A stretch of DNA of 39,435 nt, from assembly GCF_001194135.2 (NCBI RefSeq), contig NC_068994.1:2431270-2470704 (forward strand), given 5' to 3'. Source of the DNA: Octopus bimaculoides (taxonomy: Eukaryota). Every line of letters begins with the position of its first letter. Position 1 is the first letter of the stretch. Positions 9,952-22,021 of this stretch are shown here, one piece after another. The notes under the pieces are model-generated. The model was not told the origin of the DNA. It saw only the letters and a list, made by a program, of their open reading frames with translations, and did no database searches. The position numbers were made by a program, and so were the translations under genes.

Positions 9952-10584
9952 GTAAGTATTCCAATATTTTACAATTATCTGCTCATACAAGTACTTTTAA
10001 AATTTGAAGTTAAATTTCGTTATTTAGATACACTGATAATAAAACTTAAAATTCTCTCTGACATTCCATGATAGTACTTTATCTCATCATATTATTGATT
10101 CAGTGAACACTCACTTCCATTTTACACATTAAAACCAGACGTTCACTTATAGCTTCCAAATTTATAAGATCCACTACCACATTTCTTGAATTAGAATATC
10201 ACATATTCATATATTCTGTTTGTATGAGTCAGTAATAAATTAGCTTTGTCAATTCTAGGCTCACTATCCACAGCACTATCCTTAATCACTTTCAGATAGC
10301 TAAATGGGTAATGGAGAAAATTTGAACCCTCCACATCTCAAAATCTGCATTATAAAAGGCTCACCTGATTTTGCACTGCAACAGTAAAAGCAATGTCAAC
10401 AGCCCACAGCACTTAGAGAATCACTCAGAAAGAGATACTCATTTCCGAGTGAAAATGTCTTTGTTTGACACCACCTTGTAAGCTCTCACCATGTCAAATA
10501 AAGCATGCGCTGTTTGAGGAGCCATAAAGAGGGAAAGAAGCATAGGTAAGTAAGAAGTAGTGTTAAAGAATTTCAGAAAGCATT

Positions 10585-11000
10585 GAGCTTTTGGAGATTG
10601 CAGTGTCCTGACACCTAACAACCAATGCAGCTAATTTATTTCATGCTTTGATAATTCTAGACACGTAAAAATGCTTCAAAAAGTGGGTTCCAGACTGGAG
10701 ATGCAAACTGTAAATGTGGACATACCATAACTAAATTTAGCTATAAATAGAGAGCTGCTGAGTTGCTGACAAAGGTCTTACTCAGTAATATTAGAGATTT
10801 TTAACCTTTTAGAAATATGGTTTGTTCAACATAAATCATTGTTGACAATAATGCCTAGGTTATGTTCATCAGCAGTCATCTTATGGAAGGAGTAGATAAA
10901 TTTCAGATTTTTTCCTCCCAATATGTATAGAGATGCGTTTGTATACTGCCAGTCACTCACCAACTCATTTCAGTCATTGGTTCATAAATGTGCTGTTTCT
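10585..11000 (-). mobile_element. CR1/L2-type LINE RT C-terminal remnant in intron 1 of gene A
   Basis: Minus-strand translations NLGIIVNNDLC*TNHISKR, VCPHLQFASPVWNP and SRIIKA*NKL match the CR1 motifs DLG, RPHLEY..PVW.P and R....WN.LP. Confidence 0.75.
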
Positions 11001-11231
11001 TCATCCTACACCTTTTGCCTCTGCAACAACCTTTACTCCTCTGAAGTTGAGTAAGGATTGTTGTTGAGATAACTCGTTTTAACAAAATATATACATTACT
11101 TTATAAATCATTGTACATAACTAGCTTTTATATTAACATTTAGTGTATTACACGTAGAAGAAATGATAAATGTATTTTGTTTGTTATTTAATGCAGTTTG
11201 ATGTACAGAATCAAATATTTTATTTGAACAG

Positions 11232-11376
11232 TCAAGACCTTTTCCTCTGCGCTCTGAAGAAAGTAATGCTGCTGCTACATATCCACAATATCTGAACCAA
11301 ACATTAGGTTACTATCATAGCATAGAATCATTGAGAAAAGAGGCCAACCACTATGAAGAATTGCGAGAAACATTAG
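11232..11376 (+). CDS. Pcdh: Protocadherin A cytoplasmic exon 2 (SRPFPLRSEESNAAATYPQYLNQTLGYYHSIESLRKEANHYEELRETL-G)
   Basis: Phase-0 acceptor tttgaacag|, 48 open codons, phase-1 donor TTAG|gtattg. Phases (0 in, 1 out), size (145 vs 154 nt) and the YEE(L/I) position near the 3' end match exon 2 of gene B. The 5' boundary is ambiguous (competing AG at 11195-11196). Confidence 0.65.
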
Positions 11377-12190
11377 GTATTGTTATTCATTGAAGTATAA
11401 TACATTATTTTTCAAACTATCAGCCTCATCTTTACTCTGCATATCCACATCATCTACCTTTGCACTACCTTTTATGCATTTAAACACTCACTCACAACCA
11501 GATGCCCCACTTCTGAATAAGTGCATATACTTCATGGATAAAGGAATTACTAATGTCTAGTTAGAAATAAAGATTCCCAGTACATATTCAGGAATAATAT
11601 GCCCAGCAATAAGAGATTGAAATTTTGTAATGTACTACAAGTGTAAATATTAAAAGATATACACTCTAAAGATGAGGCTATGATCTTTAAAAAAAAAAAT
11701 CATCTTAACAATAACTTGTATCATAACTTTAGGTATTTAATGAATATTTTTGTTAACAATTACTGAGGGAAGTGAGGAAAAGACTTATGTACAGAATGGA
11801 GGGATTTATAATTATTGCACTGATAATTTCATTTTCTTAAAAATATGTTTCATTAGTTAGATTATATTATTTGATTTGATTTTAAAATAAACTAGAAATA
11901 TAGATGCTGTGTGAAACAAAATATGAAATAAGTGCAGAATAAATATGCAAGTCAATAGTAAATGCAGTAAGATGAACTTCTTGATTTTACTAAGATACAA
12001 AAAAAACATGAAACTTTTTAAAGTATTTCCTAATGATGTATTCATTTGTTAAGAATAATTTCTCATAAAGGAATAAGGCAGATATTTATAAGGAAGCAGT
12101 ATAAAAAATTAAATACATAATATGTCCAGGAGAATGTTTCATTTAAACTTGAAACAATATTTCTAGAAATTGCACTTTTCTCTCTTTTAG

Positions 12191-12264
12191 ACTTGAACAT
12201 CTGTGAAACACCTTCATTAATAAATGCTGACAAGGACAAAGAAACATGTGAAAGACCAGAGTAG
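12191..12264 (+). CDS. Pcdh: Protocadherin A candidate terminal exon 3 (DLNICETPSLINADKDKETCERPE*)
   Basis: Strong acceptor ttgcacttttctctcttttag|, open in the required phase 1. ATGTGAAAGA-CCAGAGTAGCAG resembles ATGTGAAACCTCCAGAGAGACAG in exon 3 of gene B. AATAAA downstream at 12786. Confidence 0.55.
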
Positions 12265-13859
12265 CAGAAATGGAATGCACTAATTTCAAAAAGAATCCTT
12301 TTTCCATTGAAACATTGTTCCTGACATAAATCCTTGGCACCAGATATTTTGGAATTTTAAATGATACATATTCATTAAAATCTATAAGAAAAAACTGTTT
12401 AAACACACACAATTTTGAAGCATAAATTCTCTTACTTTGGTTTCTAAAATTACAGAACTAAAACAACTACACAGCATCTTAACTTCCTTGGCCTAGCAAG
12501 AAAATTATAGTCATTTGGAAATATTTTGTAACATTTTAATGAGATTTTATATGAATATTGCATTTCTATTTTGATATTTCAAAAATGAGCATAAGAAAAA
12601 AGACTTTTTCTTATATAATGGTTACATATTAAATATTGAGTTCATAATTTGTCTCAAAGTCCCAAATTTAGGGTAAGGGACACTTATTTTATTGACATCC
12701 GAAGGAAGAAAGATCAAATTGACATTAATATGGTTTAAACTTTCAGGCACAAAACATATTCCTCCCTAGACTTTTAGACACCAACAATAAACTTTGCAAT
12801 GTGTCTGTCCTTGAATGACTTCCCAAATGCAAAGTCTTCAGGGATCCCTTTTCTACTGTAGTGACTTAGAACTGAAACTCTCATTTTCTGCTGTCTGGTC
12901 AGTACCATGTGCAGACCACACTCATGTCATGTGGTGTGTTTTGATTATCAACTAATTGGTTTGCAGCGATACCATGCCATATCATGAACATCATCTACAA
13001 TGTCTTTGAAGTGCCCACACTTTTTAGTGTATTAAGATGAAAGCCTACCTAAGGCCAGCAGCAGAGTGTAGTATTTTTTTTTCTTTGTGTGTTGTCCTGT
13101 AAGACAATAGATGGAAGCAACGTTGTTTTTTTTTTTTTCTGTTTTTCAAGCCATGTGGAGTCAGGCGAAAAGAGAAATCACTGTTCACTCGTTTGTTCTT
13201 TTCTCGGCCTCAATTGGTGTTGAAAAACAAAAACACGTGGGTGAGAAAAATAAGCGACGGCTCGTGTCATAGTAGTTGATGGTTCAATATTCTGTACAGT
13301 GGTGATAGATCTTGCCTGACAATTAACAGTACATTGTTTCCTTGGTTCCCTGTTGAGTTGTGGGCTGTAGACAGGGTGATCCTCTCTCTCTCTCTCAATA
13401 TATTTTTATTCTCTGCGTTGAGGTCCTGGCTGGTCTTATAAGAAAAAAAACTGAGATATTAAAGGAATTACAGAAACGCATGTACGCATGCACACACACA
13501 CACACACACACACATGTATGCGCGTGAGCACATTAACCCACACACGCACATTTACGCGCGCGCACAAACACACACACACTGACGATTCAGACTCGTTAAT
13601 AAAGGCTTTTCATCTCATGCTTCATATTTTACAAGAATAATTTCTGAAAAAGAAAAAAATCCTTTTTCAGAATTTCAGTTGTTTTGAAACTCGTTCCTTT
13701 TCTCTCCCCAGATTTTCGAACCCCGACGCCCGTCCGACACCAACCAGCTCGGTCCGTTTCTTTGGCGCATGCGTCAAAGCCAGTGCATTAACAACCAGCA
13801 GACGACACAAAGAAAATCTTAATATAGCTACTAGACATACTAGAAATAACAGCCAAAAC

Positions 13860-14330
13860 TACCTCAAACGTCTTATAAAATTGGTTTTTCTGTCACAAAG
13901 GTGATTGTGTGCTCTTCTACCTTCAACGGCCATATGTAAGGTGGTACCGTCCAGCAGTTTTATAAGATCTGGCATATTTTCTATCATCTCTTGATTGGCT
14001 TGAACCTCGAGTTCGAACGCCGAACCTATCCAGTTTTGTTGTTTGAGGATGGCAATTTCTAAGATGTTAATAATTTCTTTGAAGTGTAGCAGATGGCTGA
14101 CACCAGCCATTGTGGTTCTATTTCAGGGGGAACATCTTTAATTTTATTTTTGTAACCTGATGATCTAGGTATGTAGGAATCATTATGATTTCTTCACACT
14201 CTAGTGACTGTGTAGAATAAGCTTTTGCTTGCTTCTCTGTATCAAATCTGACTTCAACTATAGCAAATCTTTTGCTCCTTGTGATGTATGTTTTGTGTAC
14301 CCATAAGGACAAAGAAATAAGAACCCACAG
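13860..14330 (-). mobile_element. L1/Tx1-like ORF1 (gag-like) remnant
   Basis: RFAIVEVRFDTEKQAKAYSTQSLECEEIIMIPTYL, frameshift, KDVPPEIEPQWLVSAI, QNWIG, VEGRRAHNHLC (eroded VEGRRP-CCHC knuckle). Family call from motif memory. Confidence 0.55.
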
Positions 14331-14458
14331 TATGGTGGAAGCCATAACCACTCATAATAAAAACGAGTACTGGTGGAATGTCCCATTGAAAAGCTCAATA
14401 AATGTAAGCACAATAGATCTGATATAATTATTTGGGATAGATACCAATCTTGAGAAAT

Positions 14459-14797
14459 TAGGCTTCTCAAAATCAGAAAGGAGAAAGCTGATTCAAAGAC
14501 TACATATCCAATCCATCATTGTAACTATAAAAATCTGTAAAACTTTCCAGAAGTTTATCATTTAAATATAAGTGCACGTCTAGATATGCAAGTGTATGCA
14601 TGAGAATACATACATAAGACAAAACATACAAATTTGCATGCATGCATGCATACATACACACACATACATACATACATACATACCCTGTTGTTGATATTGA
14701 AATTCCAATGAAGGAGACTTGGATCTAGGCTAGAAACCAGCTCTTTCTCTATTGAAAAGAAATCTTGAAATAAAACCGAATAATGACCTCATACATA
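14459..14797 (+). repeat. Interspersed repeat, direct copy 1 (copy 2 at 15687-15998)
   Basis: Colinear similarity over about 320 bp, e.g. ggcttctcaaaa.cagaaaggagaaagct and gaaattccaatgaaggaga. Confidence 0.9.
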
Positions 14798-14804
14798 TAT
14801 ACAA

Positions 14805-15130
14805 CTGAGGAAAGATTGTCGACTAGGTAGAGAACATGTACATGAATGGCTTGTCTATCTCCCCTATCTCTAACGATAGAAGCTACAAGTACCTCAGGAT
14901 CTATGAGAATGCTGCTTATGTTGGTGCTGTGACTAAAACCAGAATATACAAAAGAGTACGTAATGTTTAAAACAGCCACCAACAAAAAAATATTACTGAC
15001 CAGATATTGATGTTTTGGAACACAAAAAACGGTAGGATCTGTTGTAGAAATCAGCTACCCTCTGGACACCAATGTGGTTAGAAATCTACAAGAGAAAGCA
15101 GACATCTATGGACTATTGATAAGGAGTTTT
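14805..15130 (+). mobile_element. RLE-type (R4/Dong-like) LINE remnant, internally deleted
   Basis: RT end SYKYLRIYEN (YKYLG motif) joined to the restriction-like endonuclease motif *PDIDVL...VEISYPLDTNVV...EKADIYGLL. Confidence 0.65.
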
Positions 15131-15168
15131 CAAATCCAGTGCTTAAGATCCACTTTCATCTTCATACC

Positions 15169-15198
<30 letters not shown>
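15169..15198. repeat. (TAT)n microsatellite
   Basis: Read directly. Confidence 0.95.
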
Positions 15199-15199
<1 letters not shown>

Positions 15200-15438
15200 T
15201 GGGGGCAACAGGTTACATATCATCCCATATAGAGCAAAGTATGGCTCAACTGGGGTTCTTGGAGAGGGAACACAAATTCTTAATCTGTACACTCCAAATA
15301 ATTGCAATATTTGGGGCAATGAAAATCTGCTAGACCTTAAGAATTAAAGGATGAAGAATAAAACAAGATACGGTCCTTCACAACCTTGCTGCCAAGCAGT
15401 TGGCCAGTCAAAATTTATTCTAAATTAAAAAGAGAAAT

Positions 15439-15651
15439 AAGGCAGTGAGCTGACAGAATCGTTAGCATGCCAGGTGAAATGCTTAGCATCATTTTATCCA
15501 TCGGTATCTTATGAGTTCAAATTCTGCCGAGGTTGACTTTGCCTTGCATCGTTACAGAGTTGGTCAAATAACTATCAGTTGAGCACTGGGGTAAATGCAT
15601 TTAATTGGCACTCTCCCTCGAAATTGCTGGCCTTGTGCTAAATTTGAAATC
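15439..15651 (+). mobile_element. Near full-length tRNA-derived SINE
   Basis: Head aaggcagtgagctgacagaatcgttagc, B box GAGTTCAAATTC, body ending aaatttgaaa. Same family as 21774-21980. Confidence 0.8.
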
Positions 15652-15686
15652 AAATTAAAAAGAGACTGAGAACACACACACACATA

Positions 15687-15998
15687 TAGGCTTCTCAAAA
15701 CCAGAAAGGAGAAAGCTAATTCAAAGACTACAGGTTCAATCCATCACTGGAACCGTAAAAATCTGTAAAGCTTTCCAGAAGTTTATCATTTAAATATATA
15801 TATGAGCATGTCTAGATATGCAGCTATATGCATGAGAAGACGTACATAAAACAAAACATACAAATTTGCACATATATAAAAAAAATACCCTGTTGTTGAT
15901 GTTGAAATTCCAATGAAGGAGATATGGATCTCAGTTAGAAACTGGCTCTTTCTCTGCTGGCAAGAAATCTTGAAATTAAACTGAACGACGACATACAT
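15687..15998 (+). repeat. Interspersed repeat, direct copy 2
   Basis: Aligns with 14459-14797; differs in the internal microsatellite. Confidence 0.9.
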
Positions 15999-17670
15999 GC
16001 ATGCGTGCAGACGTATGAAAGGATAAATGGATGGCTCGAGGGAGAGATAGGCAGTTAAATATGCACATTCAAAAAATGTTTAAATCATCTCTTTAAATTA
16101 TATTTCCTAGATAATTTAAGTTTCTCTAAAGATATTTAATACATATTTGGTTGTCGTGTTTCAAGAAGACTCATGATCACATAAGAAATGGATAAATGAC
16201 AAAAGTACAAGAACTATTCAATCACTATTACAGAAAAGGGTAAAATTCCTCACCGAAATGATATTTAGTTACAGCTCATTACAGTGAGTTCAAATCTCGC
16301 GAAGGTTAATTTTTCTTTCCATTGTTCTGTAGTCGCTTAGATAAAGTACCAGTGAAGTATCGCGATTGATTTAATCAACTTTCTTTCCCCCATTACACAA
16401 AAAATATGGATTTGTGCTAATATTGGCAATCAATTGCAGAAGTTAAATTGAAAGAACAATTAGTGATTTCTAAGAATTGCAATGTCATTTGTATCGATGC
16501 TTCCAAGTAGATGTAATATTTACTTTTATACAAGAGAGCAAATGTTCTAAACCTGCTTCCTTCTTGTCATTCTTGACCACCTTTTATCATTCTACGCTTG
16601 CCTTGCAAGTGCCCTACAAACAGTTAACCCAAATATCCCTCCTATTACACACATCTCTTCGACATCTCGTCCATGCCCTAATATTTTTTATCTTTTAGTC
16701 ATTGAAAGTATCTTTTGGAATGGGAAGCAGTGCTCATCGGCCATAAGAGATTCTTCAAGACGAGTTGAAGGGAGGAAGGAAAGTATCCTCCAACTGAATG
16801 TTCTCCTTCTACATTTGACCGATCCATTTAAAAAAAGGAAAACGATTGCCATCTACGCATAGTCTAATAACAGTCGGTTCTAGAGTAATGAAAGTTTCAG
16901 AGTTAATTCCCTTGCATCATTTTAAGCTATTTTGAATTAGAGTGACGTCCCTTCGTCTAGCTAGGCTAAGATGATTTTAGAGTGATTTCCCTTATTAAAT
17001 CATATTAATTCAAATTAGACCCACTTTTCAATAGTGTGCCGACCAATATGTCTCTACACAAGTAGTTCGACATGCTAGACATATCAGCAAAATTCCTCTA
17101 CCAGTTTTAAAAAGGTAAGACACACCAGAATAACGTAGTCTAAAATATTTTTAGATGGGTTGGTCATAGGTGTAAACGTTTGGATCACTGGTTAACTCAT
17201 AATCTGCAATTGATTTTAATTTTTCTTGCATTAAAAAAATAGTTCTACTTCTGTAAATGGATAAAAGTAATTCAGGTAATTACACACACACACACACACA
17301 AATACATATCAAAGGCATTTTGGATCAATGTTAAACCTCTGCCACCCTGCTTTTGTTTTAGGTAGAGGCGGTCGACATCACTGTTAATGTGGAAATTATT
17401 TGTGCTTGTTAGTATTTTCCAAGTTTTCTTATCAATGGCTTAGACTTTATCAAGCATCCAATGTATGTATGTATGCATATATTCATGTGTGTATGTGTGT
17501 GTAGAATGTTTTTAACATAATGTGCCCATAAAGCGATTTTTTCTTAGACAAATACTGGTGCTTCTGGCTTTTCAATGAAACAAATATGATAAATATGTCA
17601 TATAGATAAATATTTCACTGAAGAGCAGCTTCCATTTCATAATTCGAATATACATACATACATATATACA

Positions 17671-17671
<1 letters not shown>

Positions 17672-17733
<62 letters not shown>

Positions 17734-17743
17734 NNNNNNNNNN

Positions 17744-17788
<45 letters not shown>
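17672..17788. repeat. Long (AT)n microsatellite with a 10-N gap; AT/CA low complexity continues to about 18270
   Basis: Read directly; source of the YI-repeat ORFs. Confidence 0.95.
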
Positions 17789-17795
<7 letters not shown>

Positions 17796-18429
17796 CATAC
17801 ACAGATGCACACACTCACATGCATGCACACACAAACACCTATTTATGGAACTGGGAGATATTACCTTGTTTTGAAACAAGTGAAATTTGTGACAGTAGGG
17901 CATCAAGCCATAGGAAAATTTACCTCAATATATTCCATCTGACCCATGCAAGCATGTAAAAGTGAACGTTAAAGTGGTGTTGATGATATGTATAAATATG
18001 CATATTTATAGTTGTATATACCCGCAAGTGTTGGTATGTGTGTGCGTGCATATATATATATATATGTATATAAATATATATATATATATACATACATATA
18101 TACACATATACATATATATGTATATCTATTTATCTCTCTCTCTCTATCTATACATACATAAATACATGCATACATACATACATTATCATACATTATCATA
18201 CATACATACATATGAACAGAAGATAACATACATACACACATGCACCTAACTACTTGCTCAAATATACACACACAGAAATTCATTGAAATGATATCTTCAA
18301 GTCTTCATAAAATATGTTTATACACTTACTTGGTCTTTTAGAGAATATCAAAGCATTTATATAAAATTTAACAAAATTTGATTCTATCACAAACTTCAAT
18401 TTAATGTAAAATAGAAGCTATAGAATTGT

Positions 18430-18957
18430 TATAGAGTGACTGCATTAAACTAGGTCATATTGTGATCCCCTTCGATCATGAAGGATCATGGGATTTCACC
18501 TAAAAAGTTATCCTCCGAGGCACAAGTCTGGGCAAGGTTGTTTATGGAAGGCCAGCTGTCGCCGATGCGTATGAGTCTCTCTCTCCACGCCACCGATGCT
18601 TTCCAAGGCAAAGGCAAAGGCCAATACAGCTTGGCACCAGTGACGTTGCAGCTCATTTATTAAAATGCAAGTGGCTGAGCACTCCACAGACATATGTACC
18701 CTTAATGTAGTTCTCAGGGAGATTCAGCGTGACACAGTGTGACAAGGCTGGCCCTTTGAAATACACGTACAATAGAAACAGGAAGAAAGAGTGAGAGAAA
18801 GTTGTGGTGAAAGAGTACAGCAGGGTTCATCATCAGCCTCGTGGAGCTTTAGGTGTTTTCGCTCAATAAACGCTCTCAATGACCGATCTGGGAATCGAAA
18901 CCGCGATCCTATGACTGCGAGTCCGCTGCCCTAACCACTGAGCTATTGCACCTCCAC
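18430..18957 (-). mobile_element. Composite/nested tRNA-derived SINE
   Basis: Minus-strand head GGAGGTGCAATAGCTCAGTGGTTAGGGCAGCGGACTC...GGTTTCGATTCCC with A and B boxes. It continues into a long repeat body with another repeat fragment at about 18655-18775. Confidence 0.75.
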
Positions 18958-21439
18958 AAATTAGGTCATATACACTGTATATTATGATATAATTGTTATT
19001 TACATCTAATAATTTTATTGATAATCTAATATTGCATTATAATTGTTTTAACTATCAAATCATAGTATAACTATCTATAATATAATTTGTATTCAAAACT
19101 AAATCATTTTTTTTTTTTATAAAAGAAATTGTATCATCAGACTGAAATATCTGCCAATGAAGTGGAAATACATACATCCTCCAGTACCTTCACCTACACA
19201 CCTACACTTATAGCATCATATGTTCAGAGAGGAGTTTGAGTGGAATCGCCAGTTCTTACTGACTCATGTAACACACTTCATTGACATGAAACTATTCTCA
19301 CACTATAGCAACAGAGGATTTTACAATATAGATGTTATATACATTTCTGTATTTTCCCCAACATTTCTCTGTCTTTCTCTGTGTCACTGACTCTGTCTCT
19401 GTCTCTCTCTCTCTCTCTCTCTCTTTCTCTTTGCATACATATATACACAAGCATACACACACACTCATGTGTATATGTATGTGTGTACGTGCAAAAGCAA
19501 ACATGTTCTTTTGAATTTAAGTAAGCTTTACAGGTATCCAAATGGAAACCATTTTGTTTTTGACAAAATTTAGAATCATGAATAGAATGATTTCTGAAGA
19601 GGAGAAAATTCTATTATGGCATGGTTATAGTATCGATTTATAAGTAAGTAAATAGGTTTTAAAAATAACTTTTACATGAGTAAATTTGGCCAGTTGCATT
19701 TCCATTTTGAATTCAAAATAAGCTTCATAATTTTTTTGTTTCCATCAAATTTTTCCAGTAATATGATAGGGAAGAGGAACAAGTTTACAATATAGCTGAT
19801 TGATGTAATTTAGTCAGAATATATTTCAGCTATTATTCATCATGACTAATGACATTTTATTTACAATGCTATACAGAATGTTACAGAAAATACAAACATT
19901 GAGTAATTAATACATAAAGCATGATGGGCCACGATAGTGGCCATCAGGCACAGGCCGACAGGCCACGATCGTGGCCCAGAGAGATGCATTTGATTTATGG
20001 GCATTTGCTGGGTTCTAATGTCACTGAAATGCTCCGGTACCCCACAGAATGCAAAAGGACTAATAGTTCAACTAATGACTTTTCAGATGATGTAAAACTT
20101 GCCACCATAATATACTAAGCAGATACTTAAACTATTTTTTGTTTTCTATGTGTGCATGGTAGTCTCATTTTCATAAAATGTGCTCAGCAGTCCATGCTAT
20201 GTAAGTGCAAATCCCAGTACTTTATGGGTAAATTATAAGTAAATTTAGTTTTGGTCTAATAGAATTAACTTATGCTTCATTACGTTATTTAATCTAGAAT
20301 TTCCTGCTTAGTTACATTTAAGCAATAATTCTTTGAATTAATGAACCAGAACTGAGGTTAGCTGAAACATAGACTGTCAAGGGATAAGCAAGACTAGAAA
20401 CCTCGAGTCAGAATCATTAAAAATATTTTTGACCAAAAATATCAATATCCATTCGATTAGACTGTATAAATATAACCAGATGATTCTTTAATCACAAGAA
20501 ATTCAAGAAAATAAATTATGATTAGAAGAATAGATGGAAAATATATAACCATAAGGAAATATCCTTTTTTAGGTTTTCAAATATATAATTTCAAGTAAAT
20601 TTAATGTTGTTATAACAACATAAAATTTACTTGAAATAGTAAAATGTAGCTATGTGTATAATGTAGTTATATGCATAATGTACAAAAGTGAGAGTGTTTT
20701 ATTTAATATTAAATAAATAACTCATGATTTGTTGTTTTTAAATTTGGTTATTTAACAGGCAATAAAAATGAATGAAAATAATCAGTAGATCTAAATATTA
20801 TTTCTGCCCTCCCCCCACAAAAAAAAATTACAAATAAACATAGAAAGTTATGAAAAATATCAAAATTTACTTTTTAAGTAATAATTTAATGAATGAGCCA
20901 ACAAGAGAGAGCCTGTAATTGGTTCCAGGATGTGTTAAAAATAGCAGTCAAGTCACCCTCAAATGAAAAGGTATGGAATGTTGGATAATGCATGCCAGTA
21001 ACATAACTGAGATGGCCATGGTAGGAATATCTTTGAGAATACAGCTAGAAGACAGCTGAACTGTAATTAGGCAAAAAGAATAATAATTAAATATAAAAAT
21101 ATGGTCAATACTTTGTTTTCTTTATCGTGTCACTTATCATACTTCAAGGTAGAATGACAACATTATTCTTTCAGCTAACATTTAGGGAGAGGAAATTCAA
21201 TAGATATTTTTAGTGATAAAAGCTTTTAAAATGTATTATATTTGATCTTTTCTTCATAATGTGGACATAATTTGGTGAAAGGGTAGATGAAATAGTTCAA
21301 ATCTAGAGAAAAATTAAGAAAAGGTCAACATTATGTAATTAACAAGTATCATTGATGGTAAGGTTAGAGTAGCTATTTTGATAATCTTACCAACTTGAAA
21401 ATTGCTGTGGTTCAGAAGTTCACTTGAAAACTAGCTGGG

Positions 21440-21773
21440 ATATTGCACTAGCAACAGGATCAAAGAGAAAGAAGAAGATGAAGGGAACAACTATGACAAT
21501 TTGAAGTGGGAAATATGCAGGATGAAGAGAATGGACTGGATACCAATAGTAATTGGTGTGCTTGGAAGTATCAGCACTCAACTACCAACATTACTCAAAA
21601 GGATTGGTACAAATATAAAGATAGAACACCTATAAAAATCATCATTGCTTAGAACTGCAAGAGTTCTCCGCAGGATTCTTGAAGTATCACCTTAGTCTGC
21701 TGGCTATGGCTAGCAGACACTTTCCATCGTAGCCAGCAAAATAGGCTGAACGTCTTCATCAAATAATAATAAT
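21440..21773 (+). mobile_element. 3' end of an R4/Dong-like RLE LINE with (AAT)n tail
   Basis: NYDNLKWEICRM...IPIVIGVLGSI...IEHL*KSSLLRTARVLRRIL matches the RLE C-terminus (PIVIGALG...LQK..LLGTA..LR..L). Short 3'UTR and AAT repeats follow. Confidence 0.8.
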
Positions 21774-21979
21774 TTTTTCTACTAAAAGCACAAAGCCTGA
21801 AATTTGGGGGAGGAGTGAGTTGATTACATCGACCCCAGTACTCAACTGGTACTTATTTTATCAACCCTGAAAGGATGAAATGGTTGAGCTCTGTGGAATT
21901 TGATATCAGAACATAAAGATGAATGAAACACTGCTAAGCATTTCACCCAGTATGCTAACAGTTCTGCTAGCTCACCACC

Positions 21980-21980
<1 letters not shown>
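21774..21980 (-). mobile_element. tRNA-derived SINE flanked by (AAT)n
   Basis: Reverse complement of the 15439 family. (AAT)13 at about 21981-22019. Confidence 0.8.

Positions 21981-22020
<40 letters not shown>

Positions 22021-22021
<1 letters not shown>

Noticed and set aside
9952-10071. ORF-track extension of gene A to a stop at 10071 (and of gene B, 30823-30867)
   Set aside because: Read-through into AT-rich intron past consensus donors at equivalent positions in both genes.
13712-13791. Strong acceptor with an open phase-1 frame (DFRTPTPVRHQPARSVSLAHASKPVH*) as last exon of gene A
   Set aside because: No similarity to exon 3 of gene B, whereas 12191-12264 has some. It is kept only as an unexcluded alternative.
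14706-14740. CCAATGAAGGAG...AGAAAC as a hammerhead variant (also near 15910, 420-460 and 20340-20370)
   Set aside because: The core is not CUGANGA and helix II is not maintained between the copies.
17572-18283. Many ORFs of YI, HT, CV, ER or SL repeats (also 1754-2165, 4097-4363, 7228-7665, 19298-19541)
   Set aside because: Translations of microsatellites.
18885-18957. tRNA-like sequence on the minus strand
   Set aside because: It has A and B boxes but no clean acceptor stem or cloverleaf, and it continues into a repeat body; it is a SINE head.
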